Positions 29,835 to 44,145 of a stretch of DNA of 64,000 bases are shown here, one piece after another (position 1 is the first letter of the stretch; each line of letters opens with the position of its first letter). This stretch comes from Phycisphaeraceae bacterium (GTDB taxonomy: Bacteria; Planctomycetota; Phycisphaerae; Phycisphaerales; Phycisphaeraceae), in assembly GCA_963674705.1 (NCBI GenBank), contig OY771506.1, positions 2,528,001 through 2,592,000 on the forward strand, given 5' to 3'. The notes beneath the pieces were generated by a model, which ran no database searches, was not told the origin of the DNA, and worked only from the letters and a program-made list of their open reading frames with translations. Made by a program: the position numbers and the translations under genes.

Positions 29835-32198
29835 TTGTGCCCCACCGCTGAGTTCAGCTTGCAGGTATACCGGAAGCGATGGCGCATCCTTGGACAAGTT
29901 CAAGGTGTGGGCTATCGGCCGTTCGTGTACCGCCAGGCGCGGGCCTCGGGGATAAGTGGATATGTTCGGAACGACGACCGGGGGGTAACGATCGAAGCCC
30001 AGGGGTCGGCAGCTCAACTTAAGCGGTTTTCACGGGCCCTTGACGCCGAGCGGCCGCCCCTGGCTTCTATTGATCAGGTCATTGTAGAGGACATCCCGGT
30101 GTGCGACGAGCCCGTTGCCGGCCGGTTTTTGATACTCGATAGCAACATCCTGGACCAGGCCCAGGCGGCCAGTAGCGCCCGTGTCGGCATCACGATCGAC
30201 TCGGCGGTGTGCCCGGCCTGTCTGCGCGAACTATTAGATAAGAACGATCGCAGGCACCACTACGCGATGACCAACTGCACGGACTGCGGGCCGCGGTACA
30301 CGATCATCGACCGCATCCCGTACGATCGGCCTAACACGACGATGCACGGCTTTGAGTTGTGCGATGCGTGTCGAAGCGAATACAACAATCCCGGCGATCG
30401 GCGTTATCATGCCCAGCCCATCGCCTGCCATGACTGCGGACCAAAACTTGAACTGGTAAACCCCGTCGGTGGAGTGCTTTCGGGTGACCCGGTTCCGGTG
30501 GTTATGGGTTTATTGAGTGAGGGTCGGGTTGTGGCGATCAAAGGGCTGGGGGGGTTCCATCTTGCGGTGCGCGGCGATGATGAACAAGCCGTGGCGCGAT
30601 TGCGGCGGTGCAAGCAGCGGGACGGCAAGCCGTTCGCGTTGATGTGCCGTTCGCTTGAAGTGGCGCACACGTTGGTGGAACTCAGTGAATCGGCCGGGGC
30701 GCTGTTGTGCTCTCCGGCCGCGCCGATTGTTTTGGCAACACGGAGGCCCGACGCTCTTGTCGCGCCTTCGGTTGCACCGGGTAGCCACCGCCTGGGTGTC
30801 ATGCTGCCTTACACACCGATCCATCATTTACTATTTGAATCGCTGGATCCTTCCATAGATGCGCTGGTGATGACCAGTGCCAACGCGTCGAACGAGCCGC
30901 TGACGATCGACAACGATGAAGCACTTGATCGGCTTAAGGGGCTGTGTGACGCGATGCTTTGGCACGATCGGCCGATCCGCAGGCGGGTGGATGACTCGGT
31001 CGTGCTGGATATGCAGGATGAAAAGCCGCTGCCGATACGTCGGGCGCGTGGTTACGTGCCGAAGTCGATCTCGCTGCCGACCGAGAGCAGGGTGCACGGG
31101 CTTTGTATTGGCGGCGAATTGAAGAACACGATCGGGTTCGTGCGGGACGGTCGAGTGACATTGAGTCAGCACATCGGTGACCTGGGTTACACGTCGGTGT
31201 TTGATCACTTTAGACAGAACATCGACGACCTGGTGAATCTGTTTGATGTTCAGCCGAAGTGGGTCGCGCACGATCTACACCCGATGTATATGGGCACGGT
31301 ATACGCCAAAGAGCTTGCCAAGCGTTGGGATGTGCCATTGATCGGTGTGCAGCACCATCACGCGCATGCGGCGTCGGTGATGGCGGAGCACGGCGAGACC
31401 GGGCCTGTGCTGGCGGTCGTGTGTGACGGCGTCGGCTACGGCGACGACGGCATGAGCTGGGGCGGTGAACTTCTGCTGGCTGATCTGGTGGATTACGAGC
31501 GGCTGGCGCACCTGAAGCCGATCGACCTGATCGGCGGGGATGCGGCGGCGCAAGATACCCGGCGATGCGGTTTGGCATTACTACAGCAAGCCTACGGCGA
31601 AGCGTTTGCGGAGCATCCGGCAGTTACAGAATTGATACCGGATGAAACCGAACGGCAGATGTTCATCGGGATGCTGCAAAAAGGTTTGAACTGCACGCCG
31701 ACGACGGCGACCGGCCGATACTTTGACGGCATCGCGGCGCTGCTTGGCGTCTGTCAATACAACAGCTTCGAGGCGCAAGCGCCGATGCGGCTTGAAACCG
31801 AAGCCTATGCCAATGAAGCGGCGTTGCCTGGCACGCCGCTTTATCGTATCCACGAGGGCGAGCCGCAGGTGATCGATTTATCCGCGCTCGTCGCAGGTAT
31901 CGTGGAGGGTAAGGCACAAGGCAGAAGCGCCCAGATGCTGGCGGCGATGTTCCACGATCAACTCACATGGGCGTGGGTGGATGTGGTGGACCTGGCGGTA
32001 CGGCGATTGGGGATCAAGACCGTCGCGCTTAGCGGGGGCGTATTCTGCAACGAACGATTATCACGCAGCCTTACCGAAAGGTTGCGAGCACTTGGAGTGA
32101 GAGTTTTGGCCCACCGTGAAGTCCCGGCGAACGACGGTGGTCTGGCGTTAGGCCAGGCCGCGGTAGCGTGTGCACGCCTGGACAAAGGGCTTGTTTGA
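29835..32198 (+). CDS. hypF: Hydrogenase maturation carbamoyltransferase HypF
   Basis: Acylphosphatase GQVQGVGYRPF, zinc fingers NCTDCGPRY, KGLGGFHL, HDLHP, QHHHAH, NDGGLALGQ. Confidence 0.97.
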   Translation: MCPTAEFSLQVYRKRWRILGQVQGVGYRPFVYRQARASGISGYVRNDDRGVTIEAQGSAAQLKRFSRALDAERPPLASIDQVIVEDIPVCDEPVAGRFLILDSNILDQAQAASSARVGITIDSAVCPACLRELLDKNDRRHHYAMTNCTDCGPRYTIIDRIPYDRPNTTMHGFELCDACRSEYNNPGDRRYHAQPIACHDCGPKLELVNPVGGVLSGDPVPVVMGLLSEGRVVAIKGLGGFHLAVRGDDEQAVARLRRCKQRDGKPFALMCRSLEVAHTLVELSESAGALLCSPAAPIVLATRRPDALVAPSVAPGSHRLGVMLPYTPIHHLLFESLDPSIDALVMTSANASNEPLTIDNDEALDRLKGLCDAMLWHDRPIRRRVDDSVVLDMQDEKPLPIRRARGYVPKSISLPTESRVHGLCIGGELKNTIGFVRDGRVTLSQHIGDLGYTSVFDHFRQNIDDLVNLFDVQPKWVAHDLHPMYMGTVYAKELAKRWDVPLIGVQHHHAHAASVMAEHGETGPVLAVVCDGVGYGDDGMSWGGELLLADLVDYERLAHLKPIDLIGGDAAAQDTRRCGLALLQQAYGEAFAEHPAVTELIPDETERQMFIGMLQKGLNCTPTTATGRYFDGIAALLGVCQYNSFEAQAPMRLETEAYANEAALPGTPLYRIHEGEPQVIDLSALVAGIVEGKAQGRSAQMLAAMFHDQLTWAWVDVVDLAVRRLGIKTVALSGGVFCNERLSRSLTERLRALGVRVLAHREVPANDGGLALGQAAVACARLDKGLV

Positions 32199-32216
32199 AG
32201 AAAGGGCGGACGGATT

Positions 32217-32450
32217 ATGTGTTTAGCAGTACCAGCAAAACTTGTTGAATGTGAAGGCGGTCAAGGCGTGGCCGACCTGCATGGTAACCGCGTCCCGGTG
32301 CAGACAGTGTTTGAACCTGAAGCGAAGGTTGGCGACTGGGTGTTGGTCCATGCGGGATTCGTGATCAAGCGACTTGAAGCCGACGAAGCGGAAGCGACCT
32401 GGGCGGTGTTGGGCGATCTGGCGCGCAGCGCAGAGGAGGTCGACCAATGA
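32217..32450 (+). CDS. hypC: Hydrogenase assembly chaperone HypC
   Basis: MCLAVP N-terminus; VGDWVLVHAGF. Confidence 0.97.
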   Translation: MCLAVPAKLVECEGGQGVADLHGNRVPVQTVFEPEAKVGDWVLVHAGFVIKRLEADEAEATWAVLGDLARSAEEVDQ

Positions 32451-33586
32451 ACCAGGCGCAGCAGATGACAGCCAAAGCGCTGAAAGAACTGCACGAAACA
32501 GCGGCACAGGTCGACAAGAAGATGGCGTTCATGGAAGTGTGCGGCACGCACACGATGGCGATCTTCCGCAGCGGCTTGCGCAGTCTGCTTCCTGAGAACG
32601 TGAACCTGCTCAGCGGGCCGGGTTGCCCGGTGTGTGTCACGGCTCAGAGCGACATCGACATGCTGATCGCGCTGGCGTGCGACCATGATGTGACGATCTG
32701 CACGTACGGCGACATGATCCGTGTACCGGGTGCACGCGGCAGCCTGGAACAGGCACGCGGCGATGGGGCGGATGTGCGCGTGGTGTATTCCAGCATGGAT
32801 GCGGTTGATATTGCTCAGAAAGAGCCGCATCGACAGGTCGTGTTCGCGGCGGTCGGTTTCGAGACCACAGCGCCCGCGACGGCGGCGGCGGTGGGCCGGG
32901 CGCATCAGCTTGGTCTGGAAAACTTCAGCATCCTCGCCAGTCATAAGTTAGTGATGCCGGCAGTGACGGCGTTACTGGATGGCGGGGGCGTGAAGCTGGA
33001 TGGGTTTATGCTGCCCGGGCACGTGTCGGTGATTACGGGTTGGCGTGAGTTTTTGCCGTTATCTGAACATTACAAGCTGCCTTGCGTGGTTGGCGGATTT
33101 GAAGACGAGCAGATGGTCGTCGCGATCGCGGACTTAGTGCGCATGGTGCGCGACGGCAAGCCGGGCTTGATCAATCAATACCCGCAGGCGGTGAGTCCTG
33201 ATGGGAATACGCTGGCGCTTGAGATTCTGAAGCGCGTGTTCGAGCCGCAGGATGTGCCTTGGCGTGGCCTGGGTGTGATCCCGAAGAGCGGGATGGTGCT
33301 TCGGGCGGAATACAAGCAGTTTGATGCTCAGCAGAAGTTTGGCTTGGAACGTCCGCCGGACCGTGAGCCTAAGGGCTGTCGGTGTGGCGAAGTGATCAGC
33401 GGCGCGGTGACGCCGGCCGAGTGTGTATTGTTTGATAATGGCTGCACGCCGACACATCCGATCGGGCCTTGCATGGTCAGTTCGGAAGGGACGTGCCAGG
33501 CGTGGTTCAAGTACCACCGGGTTAAGACCAGTGCGCGGAAACCGGGGCGGGCGGATCAACCTGCGGAATGCGAGGTCGTGTCATGA
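32447..33586 (+). CDS. hypD: Hydrogenase formation protein HypD
   Basis: MEVCGTHT, GPGCPVCVT, GFETT, PGHVS, GPCMVSSEGTC. Confidence 0.97.
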   Translation: MNQAQQMTAKALKELHETAAQVDKKMAFMEVCGTHTMAIFRSGLRSLLPENVNLLSGPGCPVCVTAQSDIDMLIALACDHDVTICTYGDMIRVPGARGSLEQARGDGADVRVVYSSMDAVDIAQKEPHRQVVFAAVGFETTAPATAAAVGRAHQLGLENFSILASHKLVMPAVTALLDGGGVKLDGFMLPGHVSVITGWREFLPLSEHYKLPCVVGGFEDEQMVVAIADLVRMVRDGKPGLINQYPQAVSPDGNTLALEILKRVFEPQDVPWRGLGVIPKSGMVLRAEYKQFDAQQKFGLERPPDREPKGCRCGEVISGAVTPAECVLFDNGCTPTHPIGPCMVSSEGTCQAWFKYHRVKTSARKPGRADQPAECEVVS

Positions 33587-34650
33587 CGCAGGCTGCCTCG
33601 CAATCCGGTTCCACATCCAAGAACGGCAGAACATCGGGGCCACGCGGTCGGATAACGCTTGCACATGGCGGCGGCGGCCAACTTACTGATGAACTGATCC
33701 AGAACGCGATACTGCCCAGGCTGGGCAACGACATGCTCAATGGGCTGCTGGATTCAGCGACATTACCGGCTAGCGGTGAAGAACGACTGGCGATGACAAT
33801 TGACAGCTACGTCGTGCAGCCGTGGCGGTTCCCGGGCGGCGATATCGGTCGGCTCGCGGTCTGCGGGACGGTGAATGACCTTGCGGTCTGCGGCGGCATC
33901 CCGATGGGCATTGCGCTGAGTCTGATACTGGCAGAAGGCTTTGAGATGTCTTCGCTGAACCAGGTGCTTGATTCGATCGCACAGGCCGGTGAAGAGGCTG
34001 GTGTTAATATTGTCACCGGTGACACGAAAGTGGTCGGCCGGGGACAGAGCGATGGGATCTACATTACAACCGCCGGGGTGGCGCGCGTACCTAAGGAAAG
34101 ATCACTTGGACCTTCGCGTGTCCAGCCCGGCGATGTTGTGATCGTGAATGGTCCGGTGGGCGAGCACGGTTTAGCGGTCATGCTTGAGCGTGAGTTGCCG
34201 CAGGTTAAGAGCGTACTTAAGAGCGATGCGGCGCCGTTAAATGGTTTGATCGCGAAGCTGTATGAGGCGGTGCCGGACGTTTTGTTCATGCGTGACGCGA
34301 CGCGATCCGGGCTGGCGGGGGTGGTATGTGATTTGGCACGTGATTGCGGATATCGCGTGACGTTGGATGAATCGTTAGTCCCGGTAAGGCCCGAGGCGCA
34401 GCACGCCGCGGACATGCTGGGATTGGACCCGTTAGAAGTTGCTAATGAAGGGAAGGTCGTAGCGTTGGTTCGGCCGGAGATGGCGGACGCCGCGATAAAT
34501 GCATTGAAAGAACATCCGCTGGGCGGGGCTGCCTGTATCGTCGGGCAAGTTGGCGAAGTTGATGACGGATTATGTGAGTTGCGTACGCTCATCGGGGGCA
34601 GAAGGATCATCCAGAAGCCTTACGGGGAGCAATTGCCGAGGATCTGTTAG
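33583..34650 (+). CDS. hypE: Hydrogenase formation protein HypE
   Basis: LAHGGGG, FPGGDIGRLAVCGTVND, GDTKVV, C-terminal PRIC. Confidence 0.97.
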   Translation: MTQAASQSGSTSKNGRTSGPRGRITLAHGGGGQLTDELIQNAILPRLGNDMLNGLLDSATLPASGEERLAMTIDSYVVQPWRFPGGDIGRLAVCGTVNDLAVCGGIPMGIALSLILAEGFEMSSLNQVLDSIAQAGEEAGVNIVTGDTKVVGRGQSDGIYITTAGVARVPKERSLGPSRVQPGDVVIVNGPVGEHGLAVMLERELPQVKSVLKSDAAPLNGLIAKLYEAVPDVLFMRDATRSGLAGVVCDLARDCGYRVTLDESLVPVRPEAQHAADMLGLDPLEVANEGKVVALVRPEMADAAINALKEHPLGGAACIVGQVGEVDDGLCELRTLIGGRRIIQKPYGEQLPRIC

Positions 34651-34671
34651 ACCCAGTGGAAAGGAGTCGGA

Positions 34672-35862
34672 ATGTCGATCGACGATCAGACGATTCGTGA
34701 CGTCTGGTTCCTGACAACACAGGGACTGGACGCCTTAATCCGTGCACTTCAGGAAAGGGGGTATACCGTCATTGCGCCGAGGGTGCGTGACGGCGTGATC
34801 GCGTTTGGCGAGGTCACGTCCGTCGATCAGATCGCCCACGGTGTCCGGGATGAATTAGCGCCCGGGCGTTATCGCCTCGTGAAAGATCAACTAAGTCGCC
34901 ATTTTCATTACGTGGTCGGGCAGGACAGCCCGAAGCGGTTCTTCTTCCCGCCGAAGCTTGAGCTTGTTTCGCTTCACGTGGAGGGTAAGAAGTTCGTGTT
35001 GGACCGCACTGCGCCCAAGCCGCCGAAGCTGGCGATCCTGGGTATAAGGCCTTGCGATCTGGCAGCGATCAAGATCCAGGACCGCGTGTTCGGGTATATG
35101 GATGGCGAGGCTGCTGAGCGTTGCGAAACCGACACGTACTACCACCAGGCGCGTAAGAATTCCTTGCTGATCGCTGCAAACTGCACGCAGCCTGGCGGGA
35201 CGTGTTTCTGTGCCTCGATGGGCACGGGCCCGCAGGCCAAGGAAGGATTCGACCTGTCACTCACGGAACTGGGCGGCGGTTTCATCCTGCGCGTCGGTTC
35301 GGATGCGGGTGCAGAGTTAGTCAAAGGTCTACCCGTGCGTGAACCTTCGCCTTCCGAGATTGAGCTTAGTCAGCTTAAGATCGACCAGGCCAGTGAGCGG
35401 ATGGGGCGTAAGCTCAATGACACGGGTTTGAAGCAGTTATTGTTCGAGCGGATCGAGCATCCATCGTGGGACGAGGTCGCCAAGCGTTGTCTGGCGTGCT
35501 CGAACTGCACGATGGTGTGCCCGACGTGTTTCTGCTCGACCGTGACGGATTCCAACGACCTTGCGACCGGCACGCTCAGCCGGACGAGAAGGTGGGAATC
35601 CTGCTTTACGCATCAGTTCAGCTACACGACAGCCGGTCCTGTGCGCAGCACCGTTCGCGCGCGGTATCGGCACTGGATGCGGCACAAACTCGGCACGTGG
35701 TGGGATCAGTTCCACTCATCGGGCTGTGTCGGTTGCGGCCGATGCATCACGTGGTGTCCGGTCGGGATCGATATCACCGCGCAGGTTGAACGCCTGCGCA
35801 GCAACGAAGCGGGTGAGCAGCCACAACGCTCCAGCCGTGTATCGAGGGGGGTGCTGGTATGA
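34672..35862 (+). CDS. hydB: Group 3b [NiFe]-hydrogenase (sulfhydrogenase) beta subunit, 4Fe-4S
   Basis: [48 protein letters not shown]. Confidence 0.92.
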   Translation: MSIDDQTIRDVWFLTTQGLDALIRALQERGYTVIAPRVRDGVIAFGEVTSVDQIAHGVRDELAPGRYRLVKDQLSRHFHYVVGQDSPKRFFFPPKLELVSLHVEGKKFVLDRTAPKPPKLAILGIRPCDLAAIKIQDRVFGYMDGEAAERCETDTYYHQARKNSLLIAANCTQPGGTCFCASMGTGPQAKEGFDLSLTELGGGFILRVGSDAGAELVKGLPVREPSPSEIELSQLKIDQASERMGRKLNDTGLKQLLFERIEHPSWDEVAKRCLACSNCTMVCPTCFCSTVTDSNDLATGTLSRTRRWESCFTHQFSYTTAGPVRSTVRARYRHWMRHKLGTWWDQFHSSGCVGCGRCITWCPVGIDITAQVERLRSNEAGEQPQRSSRVSRGVLV

Positions 35863-36734
35863 TTACACTAGCGACTTCCAATCGACCCGCACCGGTCTGC
35901 GGCCTGGATACGTGGGTGCCCGTGCCGGCTGAGATCGTGGATATCCAACGCGAAAACTTCAACACGCTGACTTACAAGTTGCGTTTCGTTGAACAGGTGC
36001 ATCGCGACAACTACCGGTTCCTGCCCGGGCAGTTCAATATGCTGTACATCCCCGGCGTCGGTGAGGCGGCGATCTCTATCAGCAGCGATCCGGAAGAGAC
36101 CGAAACCATCGGGCACACGGTGCGCGTGGTCGGTTCGGTGACACGCGCGATCGAGCGTATGGGTGTCGGCGGCGTGATCGGCCTGCGTGGCCCGTTCGGG
36201 CGCGGCTGGCCGCTGGGCGCGCTGCGTGGTCAGGATGTGGTGATTGTGGCCGGCGGTATCGGGCTTGCGCCGATGCGGCCAGCGATCTACTCCTTGCTCA
36301 AGCATCGCGAAGAGTTTGGGCGTGTCATGTTGCTTTATGGTTGCCGATCTCCAGACGACCGCGTGTTCGCACCGGAACTGGAGAAGTGGACGGCCGATGA
36401 ATCGATCCAGGTGCTGGTCACGGTGGATAACGCGACCGGCGGATGGGTCGGGCCCGTGGGTGTTGTGACGAACCTGTTGCAACGCATCCGGGTGAATGCG
36501 GAGAAGACGGTGGTCATGGTGTGCGGCCCGCCGATCCTCAACCGTGTGGCGGCGTGGCAGTTCCTGCAACTGCACGTCCCGCCGGACCGCGTGTACGTCA
36601 GCCTTGAACGCAACATGAATTGCGGCTTCGGACGGTGTGGCCACTGTCAGTACGGCCGGAAGTTTGTCTGCACCGACGGGCCGGTCTTCGCTTTCAGCGA
36701 AGTCGCCGACATCTTCGGAAAGGAGGAGATCTGA
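35859..36734 (+). CDS. hydG: Group 3b hydrogenase gamma subunit (FAD/NAD(P)-binding, 2Fe-2S)
   Basis: [36 protein letters not shown]...CTDGPVF. Confidence 0.92.
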   Translation: MITLATSNRPAPVCGLDTWVPVPAEIVDIQRENFNTLTYKLRFVEQVHRDNYRFLPGQFNMLYIPGVGEAAISISSDPEETETIGHTVRVVGSVTRAIERMGVGGVIGLRGPFGRGWPLGALRGQDVVIVAGGIGLAPMRPAIYSLLKHREEFGRVMLLYGCRSPDDRVFAPELEKWTADESIQVLVTVDNATGGWVGPVGVVTNLLQRIRVNAEKTVVMVCGPPILNRVAAWQFLQLHVPPDRVYVSLERNMNCGFGRCGHCQYGRKFVCTDGPVFAFSEVADIFGKEEI

Positions 36735-36736
36735 TC

Positions 36737-37549
36737 ATGTCAGCTATCAGTATCCCCGCTAAGACAGACAAACCCAAGCTGGCGGTCTATAAGTTCTCGA
36801 GTTGTGACGGCTGCCAGTTAACACTTCTGAACCTTGAAGATCAGTTGTTGGATATCGTTGGTGCGGTCGAGATCGCTTTCTTCCTGGAGGCGAGGCGACG
36901 TGTGTTACCGCCGCCGTATGACATCGGGCTGATCGAGGGCAGTGTCTCGACGCCCGAGGAAGAGGAGCGTGTGCACCAGGTCCGCCGGGACTGTAAGTAC
37001 CTGATCGCGATCGGTGCGTGCGCGACGTCCGGCGGTATCCAGTCGTTACGGAACTGGTCAAACGTCAAGGAATTCGCGGACCGTGTGTATGCCAGCCCCG
37101 AATACCTGAGCACGCTGGAGACGTCGACGCCCGTCGCGGCCCACGTGTTCGTCGACTTTGAATTGCGTGGCTGTCCGATCAGCCCGAATCAATTGCTGGA
37201 AGTGATTTCAGCGTTGCTCGTGGGTCGTAAGCCGCGCATCCCGTCGTACAGTGTTTGCATGGAATGCAAGCGTGCCGGCTATCCGTGCACGCTGGTATCC
37301 AAGGGTGAACCCTGTCTGGGTCCGATCACGCAGGCCGGCTGCGGCGCGTTGTGCCCGAGTTGTTCGCGCGCGTGCTACGGCTGCTTCGGCCCGATGGACC
37401 AGCCCAATATCACTTCGTTAGGCAACAAGATCACAGGAGAACTCAATAAGACCAACCGCGATATGAAGCGCATGCTGCGCACGTTCAATGGATATCTCGA
37501 ACCCTTCAAACAAGCGAGCGATCACTATGAAAGACTCGAAAAGCGATAA
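36737..37549 (+). CDS. hydD: Group 3b hydrogenase delta (small) subunit
   Basis: KFSSCDGCQL, EGSV, GACATSGG, GCP, CLGPITQAGCGALCP...CYGCFG. Confidence 0.92.
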   Translation: MSAISIPAKTDKPKLAVYKFSSCDGCQLTLLNLEDQLLDIVGAVEIAFFLEARRRVLPPPYDIGLIEGSVSTPEEEERVHQVRRDCKYLIAIGACATSGGIQSLRNWSNVKEFADRVYASPEYLSTLETSTPVAAHVFVDFELRGCPISPNQLLEVISALLVGRKPRIPSYSVCMECKRAGYPCTLVSKGEPCLGPITQAGCGALCPSCSRACYGCFGPMDQPNITSLGNKITGELNKTNRDMKRMLRTFNGYLEPFKQASDHYERLEKR

Positions 37550-38864
37550 GGCGGGAACACGCACGATCCGTGTCGGTGCCCTCGCCCGAGTCGAGGGTGA
37601 AGGCGCGCTGCACCTGGTCATGGATGGCGACCAGGTGGAGAAGGTCAACCTGGAAATTTACGAACCGCCGCGGTTTTATGAAGCGTTTCTGCGCGGCCGG
37701 GACTTCATGGAAGTGCCGGACATCACCGCGCGTATCTGCGGTATCTGTCCCGTTGCCTACCAGATGGGCTCCGCCCATGCACTGGAAAAGGCGATGGGTG
37801 TCTACGACGAGGTGACACCCGAAATCCGCGAGCTGCGTGACTTGCTGTACTGCGGCGAATGGATCGAGAGTCACGTCCTGCACATGTTCATGCTTCACCT
37901 GCCCGACTTCCTCGGCTATGAAAGCGCGATCAGTATGGCCGCCGATCATGGCGAGACGGTCAAGCAGGCGTTGCGTATCAAGAAGCTGGGCAACGTGATC
38001 ATGGATGTGACCGCCGGGCGGAGTGTGCACCCGGTGAATGTCTGTGTCGGCGGGTTCTATAAAGCCCCCGATCCGGACAAGCTCAAGGCGCTACTGCCCG
38101 AGATCGAAGCATGCCTGGACCTGATGTGTCAGTTGACTTTGTTCCTGGCAGAGAAGATCGACTACCCGGACCTCGAGCGCGATTATGAGTTTGTCGCGTT
38201 GTGCCCGGATGAGGGGTACTCGATGAACCTCGGCCGGATCAAGAGCAACAAGGGCCTGGATGTCGATCAGCAGGAATTCGGTGCTGCGATCGAAGAACAG
38301 CACAAGGCACACTCGACGGCGCTGCACTCGATCATCAAGGGTCGGGGTGAATACCTGGTCGGTCCTTTGGCTCGGTTGAACCTCATGCATGAAGGTTTGC
38401 ATCCCAAGGCGAAGGAGTTGGTGCCGAAGGTCTGCAAGCTGATTGGTAAGAACCTGCCCTGGCAGAACAACTTCCTGAGTCTGCCGGCCCGCGGGATCGA
38501 GACGGTGCATGCACTGGCGTTAGCGGCGGATATCATCCGCAACTACACGCTGCCGCAGATCAGCCGGGTGCGCATCACACCACGCGCGGGCTATGGGGGC
38601 CACGGCACAGAAGCGCCGCGTGGCGTGTGCTGGCATGAGTATGAAACCGAGGATGATGGCAGCATCAGGACCGCTCACATCGTGCCGCCGACGGCCCAGA
38701 ACCAGACGACGATCGAGTCGGACCTGCGTGAACTGGCCCGGCAGGTGGTGGCACTTTCCGATGAGGATGCGGCCCTGAGATGTGAGCATCTGATTCGGAA
38801 TTACGACCCGTGTATCAGTTGTTCGGTACACTTTCTAAAATTCAAAAGGACCTTAAAATCTTGA
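37527..38864 (+). CDS. hydA: Group 3b [NiFe]-hydrogenase alpha (large) subunit
   Basis: RVEGEG; L1 RICGICPVAY; EAPRG; L2 YDPCISCSVH plus a short cleavable tail. Confidence 0.95.
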   Translation: MKDSKSDKAGTRTIRVGALARVEGEGALHLVMDGDQVEKVNLEIYEPPRFYEAFLRGRDFMEVPDITARICGICPVAYQMGSAHALEKAMGVYDEVTPEIRELRDLLYCGEWIESHVLHMFMLHLPDFLGYESAISMAADHGETVKQALRIKKLGNVIMDVTAGRSVHPVNVCVGGFYKAPDPDKLKALLPEIEACLDLMCQLTLFLAEKIDYPDLERDYEFVALCPDEGYSMNLGRIKSNKGLDVDQQEFGAAIEEQHKAHSTALHSIIKGRGEYLVGPLARLNLMHEGLHPKAKELVPKVCKLIGKNLPWQNNFLSLPARGIETVHALALAADIIRNYTLPQISRVRITPRAGYGGHGTEAPRGVCWHEYETEDDGSIRTAHIVPPTAQNQTTIESDLRELARQVVALSDEDAALRCEHLIRNYDPCISCSVHFLKFKRTLKS

Positions 38865-38909
38865 TCTTGGCCCCCGGCATCCCGGGAATATGAAAGTGAT
38901 TGATTTATA

Positions 38910-39419
38910 ATGAGTTACAGCCAAAACAACCTGCTAATCGCCACGTGCGGCAATCTGATGGCTTCGGATGACGCCTTCGGGCCGATGGTGGCTCGGGATT
39001 TAAGGCAGCTAAATCCGTCGGGAATCGAGGTCGTGGACCTGGATATCCGGCCGGCGGCGCTGCTGGACTACCTGCCCGGCAGGACAGGGCTGATTCTTGT
39101 GGATGCGGTTCACGCCCCCGGCTTAACGCCGGGGCGCGTGCTTGACTGGGACTGGTTCTCGCCGGATCGGCCTGAACTGGTCAATGATGACACGATGAGC
39201 ACGCACGGGCTGAGCCTGGCGATGCAGATCGATATGGCGGATCAGCTAGGCATGCTGCCGTCCTACGTTCGACTGATCGGCCTGACGATCGATCCCACGC
39301 TGGCGGTCGGTCAAAAGGCTAGCCCGGACCTGGTCCGCAACGTACTGACCGCGGCGGACCTGATTCGCATGCATGCGGAGCACCGAAGCGACACACCTCG
39401 GGAGCCGCAGTATGCATGA
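38910..39419 (+). CDS. Hydrogenase maturation endopeptidase
   Basis: GNLMASDDAFG, ILVDAV, STHGLSL; directly after the large subunit. Confidence 0.9.
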   Translation: MSYSQNNLLIATCGNLMASDDAFGPMVARDLRQLNPSGIEVVDLDIRPAALLDYLPGRTGLILVDAVHAPGLTPGRVLDWDWFSPDRPELVNDDTMSTHGLSLAMQIDMADQLGMLPSYVRLIGLTIDPTLAVGQKASPDLVRNVLTAADLIRMHAEHRSDTPREPQYA

Positions 39420-39810
39420 GATGTCCATCGCAACAGCGCTGGTGGGGCTGACCCGTGAACACGTCCCGAAGCAGGCGCAGGTGCGGTGCGTGCGGGTAAG
39501 AGTCGGGCCGATGCAGGCGATCGAACCGGAGGCGATGACATTTGCCTGGGAGGCGGCGACGGGCGGGACCGAACTGGAAGGTGCGGAACTGTCACTGACG
39601 TATGTGCCCTGGTCGTTACACTGCCGCGGGTGTGATCGGCGGTGGGAGCACAGCGACTGGCCCGTGATCTGTGATTGCGGAAGTGCCGATGTTGACCCTG
39701 CGGGCAGCGATGAATTGACCTTGTTATCGATTGAGATCGATGACGAGCAAGACGACGATCAAGAGCCGGTTAACCGTGAGACCGGATCTGTGATAAGGAA
39801 AGGAGTTTGA
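39412..39810 (+). CDS. hypA: Nickel metallochaperone HypA
   Basis: MHEMSIA N-terminus; CRGC...CDCGS zinc site. Confidence 0.92.
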   Translation: MHEMSIATALVGLTREHVPKQAQVRCVRVRVGPMQAIEPEAMTFAWEAATGGTELEGAELSLTYVPWSLHCRGCDRRWEHSDWPVICDCGSADVDPAGSDELTLLSIEIDDEQDDDQEPVNRETGSVIRKGV

Positions 39811-39812
39811 CT

Positions 39813-40496
39813 ATGGCGGAAGTCAAAGTTGTTCAGAACGTTCTAAAACACAACGACGAGATCGCGGCGATGAACCGCGAGACTCTGAAGCAGGCGGGCG
39901 TCTACTGCATCGATCTGATCGGCGCGCCCGGCTGCGGCAAGACGTCGTTGCTGGAGGCGACGCTCGAACAATTACATGACAAGATGAACATCGGGATCAT
40001 CGCCGGGGACCTGGCGACGGATCGCGATGCTCAACGCCTGCACGCCAAGGGCGCCCGGGTCGTGCAGGTCAACACAGGCAAGGGCTGCCATCTTGATGCC
40101 AACCAGGTCCGACACGCGATCGATGGGATCGATCTGAATGGTCTGGACCTGTTGGTGATCGAGAATGTCGGTAACCTGATCTGCCCAGTGGGTTTCGACT
40201 TGGGGCAGGCGGCGAAGGTCGGGATGTTCAGCGTATGCGAGGGCGATGACAAGGCGGCTAAGCACCCGCACCTGGTTTACGCCGCCAATGTGCTTTTGCT
40301 GAACAAGACCGATCTGATGGAACATGTTAAATTTGATCCCAATATTTTCCGCCAAGACGTCCAGCGGCTTAATCCGGACGTGCCGGTGATCGATATCTCG
40401 GTCGCCCGGGCACAACTGGACCGTTGGCTGGACTGGCTCACTTCCAATACACGTGCGGCCCAGGCCGTTTCACCCGTGCCGACAGGCAATAGTTAA
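39813..40496 (+). CDS. hypB: Nickel incorporation GTPase HypB
   Basis: GAPGCGKT, TGKGCHLDA, ENVGNLICP, EGDDK, NKTDL. Confidence 0.95.
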   Translation: MAEVKVVQNVLKHNDEIAAMNRETLKQAGVYCIDLIGAPGCGKTSLLEATLEQLHDKMNIGIIAGDLATDRDAQRLHAKGARVVQVNTGKGCHLDANQVRHAIDGIDLNGLDLLVIENVGNLICPVGFDLGQAAKVGMFSVCEGDDKAAKHPHLVYAANVLLLNKTDLMEHVKFDPNIFRQDVQRLNPDVPVIDISVARAQLDRWLDWLTSNTRAAQAVSPVPTGNS

Positions 40497-40509
40497 GGAG
40501 TAACAGTAG

Positions 40510-44082
<3,573 letters not shown>

Positions 44083-44145
44083 TTCTTGAACATTCATACC
44101 CCCCCCCACGTTAAGTGGGGGGGACATTTATACGGAGTAAAAAAG

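Noticed and set aside
37720..38830. Selenocysteine-containing [NiFeSe] hydrogenase
   Set aside because: Both L1 and L2 motifs have four ordinary Cys codons and there is no in-frame TGA.
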